DNA from: a virus
Lineage: Duplodnaviria; Caudoviricetes
IMG/VR virus record: IMGVR_UViG_3300011403_000023
Coordinates: 1-38,074 of that record
Reading direction: 5' to 3' (one strand)
DNA: 38,074 bases
Made by a program: the position numbers and the translations under genes
Shown here: one piece after another, positions 33,912-38,074 of the stretch
Layout: every line of letters begins with the position of its first letter
Numbering within the stretch: the stretch's first letter is position 1
The notes under the pieces: generated by a model
The model's database searches: none
What the model was told of the DNA's origin: nothing
The model's input: only the letters and a program-made list of their open reading frames with translations

Positions 33912-36900
33912 TGCGCCTGCTCGACCCCTACGTTTCCCAAGATGTGCGTGACAAGCGCGCCGGGTCGAAGGACGTTCCGGATCTCCTGGGGCCCTACCTC
34001 GGCACGAAGCCCGAGGATCTGACGGCGGAGGGCAAGGCGCTGCTCCCCCCGACGATGGGGCAGAAGGCCAAGGGCGTAGCGCACTCGCTCGCGGGCGGGT
34101 TGCAGCATGGCTTGCGTGGCGCGCTCGAGCTGCCCGAGAAGGCGCTGGGTTCCGTGCTCCCGGAGTCGGTGATGCAGGGCCCGCTCATGGCCGGGCCGCG
34201 TGCAGCTACGCGCCTCTCCAGGGAGATGGGGGAGAGCGTGATCCGTGCAGGCGAGGGCATCCACCCACGCGCCAAGGAGGGCGTAGCGAACAAGGTGGCC
34301 GGCGCGGTGGGCTCAACCCTGCCGATGACGGGGGCCATGATCGCCACGGGCGGGGCCATGCTCCCTGCGATGGCCGTCGGCGCCCTCTCCAACGGGGCCA
34401 CGGCGTACCTGGACGGGCTGGCCCAGACCGGGGACAAGGACGCGGCGCAGTGGGCGTACGAGAAGGCGCTCGAGCGGGGCGAGGACCAGGCATCGGCGCA
34501 GACGACCTACGCCGAGGTGCTGGAGGCAACCGGGGACCAGGAGAAGGCGGTCCAGCTGGGCCTGTGGAACGGGCTCATTGGAGGCCCTACCGAGGTCTTC
34601 GGCTTGGGCAAGGCCGCAGGCGCTCTACGCGGCGTTCTGGGACGGGTAGCGGCGGGGCCTGCCCGGGAAGCCTTCGGGCGCAGCATGGCCAAGCTGGCGC
34701 TACAGGAGGGCCCTCAGGAGGCGTTCCAGGAGCTCACGGCGGTCGTTGGCGAGCACCTCGTTCTGCACCCTGAGGACAGGAAGCTCTGGGAGGAGGCTGC
34801 CAGGATCGCCGAGGCGGGGGCCTTGGGCGGCACGGTCGGCGTGCTGCTGGGTGGGGCGATGCAGGCGGCGGAGACGGCGCTACAGGCCCGGCAGGCGGGT
34901 ACGGACCGCGCCAAGGCGCCCAAGGCTCCAGGACCGCTTACGCTCGCGCCTGAGGGGGCCAAGCTGAGGACGTTGGAGGAAGCCCGGGCGGTCGAGGGCT
35001 TCGCTCCTGCGCCGTCCCAGGCGGCTCCGGCGGCCAAGGAAGCGCCCGTGCCAGACCAGCCCGCCGGTGAGTTCCCCCGCGCCGGCGAGGTGGTGGACAC
35101 GCGCCGCGTGCGCAAGGACGTGCCCAACCTCGGGTCGATCTCGTCCAGCCTGACCGAGTACGAGGAGCTTCCCGGAATCCGGGAGGTGCCGATGTCGGCC
35201 TTTACGGGGCTGACCGGCAAGCACTACTCGGTCGAGGGCACCAAGCGCATCGAGGAATTGTCCGAGCAGATCAAGGCGTCCGGTGAGATCAACCCGCTCA
35301 TCGTCGTCGTGGACGAGAAGGGGCCGTACATCCTGGAGGGCGCCACCCGTGTCGAGGCCCTGTACCGGCTTGGCGCCAAGTCGTTCCCGGCCGTGGTCGT
35401 GCGTGACACGGAGGGCGCCCAGGACGCGCCCAGCGCCGCCCAGCCGGTCACGGTGACCTCGGCTACCTCCGAGGCAAGCCCGGCTCCTGGGGCAGCGCAG
35501 GAGGCCCTAGAACCGCGCGCGCCGGTTGAGCCTGTGGCCGCCACGGAAGGCCAAGCGGAGGCCATCGAAGTGCCTGGAGTGGCCCAAGAACCGCGCGCGG
35601 CACCCACGCCCGCCCCCTCTCTCCCGCCCGCGCCGGTGGCAGCGGACCAGCGCAAACGCCTAGCCGAGGTGCGTGGGGGGCAGGAGCGCGTGACCAGCGC
35701 CTATGCCCAGCGGATGCGTGAGGATGCGAACTTCGACATCGGCCGCGCGCTCGCGCTGGACAGGGAGTACCAAGCGCTGGGCGCGGAGGAGCGGGCGCTG
35801 GTGAAGTCCATCCGCGAAACCGCGCCCGAGGCTACCGCGCCCGTCAGCCTTGGACTTCGGCTCGGCCTAACGCGCCAGTTGCGCGAGGTGACTAGCCTGG
35901 CTGAGGCGAGCGAGATCTACATGGCGTTGCGCGACAAGGGCGGGCCCGCCGGCACTAGACTCGGTGCGAGCGAACTCCCGCCGGGGACGCTCGTCGATCC
36001 GGCGACGGGCGCGACCGTGGCGACCATCAGCTACAACGGGCGCATATGGAAGGGCGCCAACGTCGCGGGCCGACAGCTCCTCTACGACCCGAGCGGCACG
36101 CGGGCCCCGGACACTTCGCTGGCTGCGGAACTGCCTCCGGCTGGTACGCCAATCGCGCCCATCAAACCTGCCCCCAAGCCGCGCCGCGCCAAGCCGCCCC
36201 CCGCGCCGGTTGAGCAGGAGGCGCCAGAAGCTGAAGCCCTGCCGCCCATCTCGCACGAGGACATCCCGACCGAACTTGCGCAGCGCGCCTTCGGCGGCAC
36301 CAGCCATGTCCCCGAAAAGCGCGGGCGGCAGGTCCAGCAGGAATACATCGACGCGATGGAGGCGGCGGAAGATGCGCTAGAGCCTCTGGCTACCACGCCG
36401 GAGAAGCGCGCACTCCTCAAGGCGGAACTGGCTCGATACCGCGCCGGCTACATCAAGCACGCGACTGCGTACCTGCATGCGCACTCCCGCGTGATGAGCC
36501 CGATGATTACCGGGCCTGCCAACTTCCCGGTGCGGCGCAACCAGAAGGCCGGAAGCGTGGCCGACAAGCGCGCTCAGGAGTTCCGCGAGTTCCAGACGCG
36601 CGCGCTTGCCTCTATCCGCTCGAAGCTCAAGGCGGACGAACGCGCGGCGGCGCGCGAAGAGAAGTACCCCGGGCGGGAGTCGCGCAGCGTCGAGTTCGAG
36701 GACGGCACGATCCACCTGAACAAGGACGCCGACCGCATCCAGCTTGTCTACGAGACGAAGCCGGACGCCGAGACCATCCAGAAGCTACGGGCAGCGGCGT
36801 TCAAGTGGGCGCCGTCCGTGAAGGCGTGGCAGCGCCAGTGGACGCCTAACGCGGAGCTGGCTACGGAGCGCCTTCTAGGCGTCGAGGTGCGTCCGCGTGC

Positions 36901-38074
36901 GGAGGTTATCCCGGCTCCAGCGCCCACGTCTGCGCCGACTCCAGCCCCACCGAAGCGCAAGGCCAAGCCCAAGCCCGACGCGCGCATGGCCGGCCTGCGC
37001 GAGTACTACAAGCCCGGCCGCATCGTCCCCACTTGGGCTGGCACGGATCGCGTCATCGCCTTCCACGAGGGCGGCGAAAGCGGCTGGAGCGTCGAGGTGC
37101 AGGAGGTCAAGAAGGACTCCGCCGGACAGTGGCAGCCAGCCGGGCCGGTGCGTTCGCACGTCACGGAACCGAGCGCGCGCGAAGTCTCGCAAGCGCGCCG
37201 GATGAACGCGGACCCGGGCATCACAGAACTGCACGCCGGCCCACCGCTGCGCGTCCCCGGCGTCATCCCGCTCGCCACGGTGCGCAAGTTTTTCGAGAAG
37301 CACATGCGCTGGCACTCCTCGGCGCCGCGCGAGGCAGGGCAGGCCCTTGAAGGTGCGCGCGGCTCCGTCAATGCCGAAATCAGCGAGATCGCCGAGCGCG
37401 CGCGCGTGCTCGACAAGGCTGTGGCGAAGGTCCACGGGAAGGGCTGGCAGGCGCAACCCATCGCGCAGGAGATTGACGAGGCGTTCGAGGATCCCGGCAA
37501 GCTCGCCGTGCTCGACCCGGAGATCGGCGTACCGCTCGCCGCGATGCGCGCGCACACGGACCGGATGACGCGCCTGATGCTGCAAGAGGGCGTCGTTGAC
37601 CCGCAATCCGAGCTGGCCGAGAAGATGCTCGGCAACCTCGGCAAGTACTCGAAGCGTGAGTACCGCGCCTTCAACGACATCGACCACGCCGACAAGGTTG
37701 GCGAGGACGTGAAGCAGCGATTCGTGGACCTCCTGATCCGCGAGGAGAAGACGCCGGACGAGGCACGCGCGATCATGGAGACGATCCTCGAAGAGGCGCG
37801 CGAGGCTGCGGCCAACCCGTTCAAGCAGATCGCTTCATCCAAGCTCGGGCGCAAGGATCTCAGCATCTTCAAGCGCCGCAAGGACGTGCCGCTCGAGCTG
37901 CGCGCGCTGCTCGGGGAGATCAAGGATCCCATCGCCAACTACGCGAACTCTGTGCTGCGCATGGCCCACGTCATCGCGCGGCACGAGGCGTACACGAAGA
38001 TCCGCGCCGAGGGGCTGCGCGCCGGGTGGCTCTCCGAGGCGCGTACGCACACGCCTGGGCACAGCGCGACCATC
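33911..38074 (+). CDS. Large polyvalent / ejection protein (partial, at least 1388 aa) with ParB-like and DUF3560-like domains
   Basis: ATG at 33911 after GAGG. The frame is open to the window end (MRLLDPYVSQD...). Contains hydrophobic G/A helices, INPLIVV...YILEGATR.EAL, SPMITGPANFP and KPD.....L....FKWAPS..AWQR. Confidence 0.8.
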   Translation, partial: MRLLDPYVSQDVRDKRAGSKDVPDLLGPYLGTKPEDLTAEGKALLPPTMGQKAKGVAHSLAGGLQHGLRGALELPEKALGSVLPESVMQGPLMAGPRAATRLSREMGESVIRAGEGIHPRAKEGVANKVAGAVGSTLPMTGAMIATGGAMLPAMAVGALSNGATAYLDGLAQTGDKDAAQWAYEKALERGEDQASAQTTYAEVLEATGDQEKAVQLGLWNGLIGGPTEVFGLGKAAGALRGVLGRVAAGPAREAFGRSMAKLALQEGPQEAFQELTAVVGEHLVLHPEDRKLWEEAARIAEAGALGGTVGVLLGGAMQAAETALQARQAGTDRAKAPKAPGPLTLAPEGAKLRTLEEARAVEGFAPAPSQAAPAAKEAPVPDQPAGEFPRAGEVVDTRRVRKDVPNLGSISSSLTEYEELPGIREVPMSAFTGLTGKHYSVEGTKRIEELSEQIKASGEINPLIVVVDEKGPYILEGATRVEALYRLGAKSFPAVVVRDTEGAQDAPSAAQPVTVTSATSEASPAPGAAQEALEPRAPVEPVAATEGQAEAIEVPGVAQEPRAAPTPAPSLPPAPVAADQRKRLAEVRGGQERVTSAYAQRMREDANFDIGRALALDREYQALGAEERALVKSIRETAPEATAPVSLGLRLGLTRQLREVTSLAEASEIYMALRDKGGPAGTRLGASELPPGTLVDPATGATVATISYNGRIWKGANVAGRQLLYDPSGTRAPDTSLAAELPPAGTPIAPIKPAPKPRRAKPPPAPVEQEAPEAEALPPISHEDIPTELAQRAFGGTSHVPEKRGRQVQQEYIDAMEAAEDALEPLATTPEKRALLKAELARYRAGYIKHATAYLHAHSRVMSPMITGPANFPVRRNQKAGSVADKRAQEFREFQTRALASIRSKLKADERAAAREEKYPGRESRSVEFEDGTIHLNKDADRIQLVYETKPDAETIQKLRAAAFKWAPSVKAWQRQWTPNAELATERLLGVEVRPRAEVIPAPAPTSAPTPAPPKRKAKPKPDARMAGLREYYKPGRIVPTWAGTDRVIAFHEGGESGWSVEVQEVKKDSAGQWQPAGPVRSHVTEPSAREVSQARRMNADPGITELHAGPPLRVPGVIPLATVRKFFEKHMRWHSSAPREAGQALEGARGSVNAEISEIAERARVLDKAVAKVHGKGWQAQPIAQEIDEAFEDPGKLAVLDPEIGVPLAAMRAHTDRMTRLMLQEGVVDPQSELAEKMLGNLGKYSKREYRAFNDIDHADKVGEDVKQRFVDLLIREEKTPDEARAIMETILEEAREAAANPFKQIASSKLGRKDLSIFKRRKDVPLELRALLGEIKDPIANYANSVLRMAHVIARHEAYTKIRAEGLRAGWLSEARTHTPGHSATI

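Overview
High-GC tailed-phage (Caudoviricetes) genome fragment, truncated at both ends. It has three parts. (1) 1-3568: a leftward arm of small, tightly overlapping accessory genes that share short repeats. (2) 3695-8937: a divergent rightward early/replication operon with an RHH regulator, a complete tRNA-Tyr(GTA), an SSB-like protein, a PD-(D/E)XK exonuclease, a wHTH protein, RusA, a DUF1376/YdaU-type initiator with internal 11-bp-period repeats, and a DnaC/IstB-like loader. (3) 9048-38074: a podovirus-like morphogenesis operon with TerS, TerL, portal, scaffold, major capsid protein (MCP), cement/decoration proteins, adaptor, a 1874-aa nozzle-like protein, an orphan DNA methyltransferase, tail fibre, ejection proteins and the start of a >1388-aa polyvalent protein that is missing from the ORF track. 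The most unusual part is the accessory island between TerL and portal (11743-14393). It encodes a secreted Cys-type sulfatase flanked by two mini-proteins that look like capsid-protein fragments. One of these is a twin-arginine (Tat) signal peptide fused to a segment nearly identical to residues 297-309 of the phage's own MCP. No integrase, CI-type repressor, lysis genes, reverse transcriptase or CRISPR array were recognised. All product calls come from motif recognition by eye and gene order; no database searches were run.
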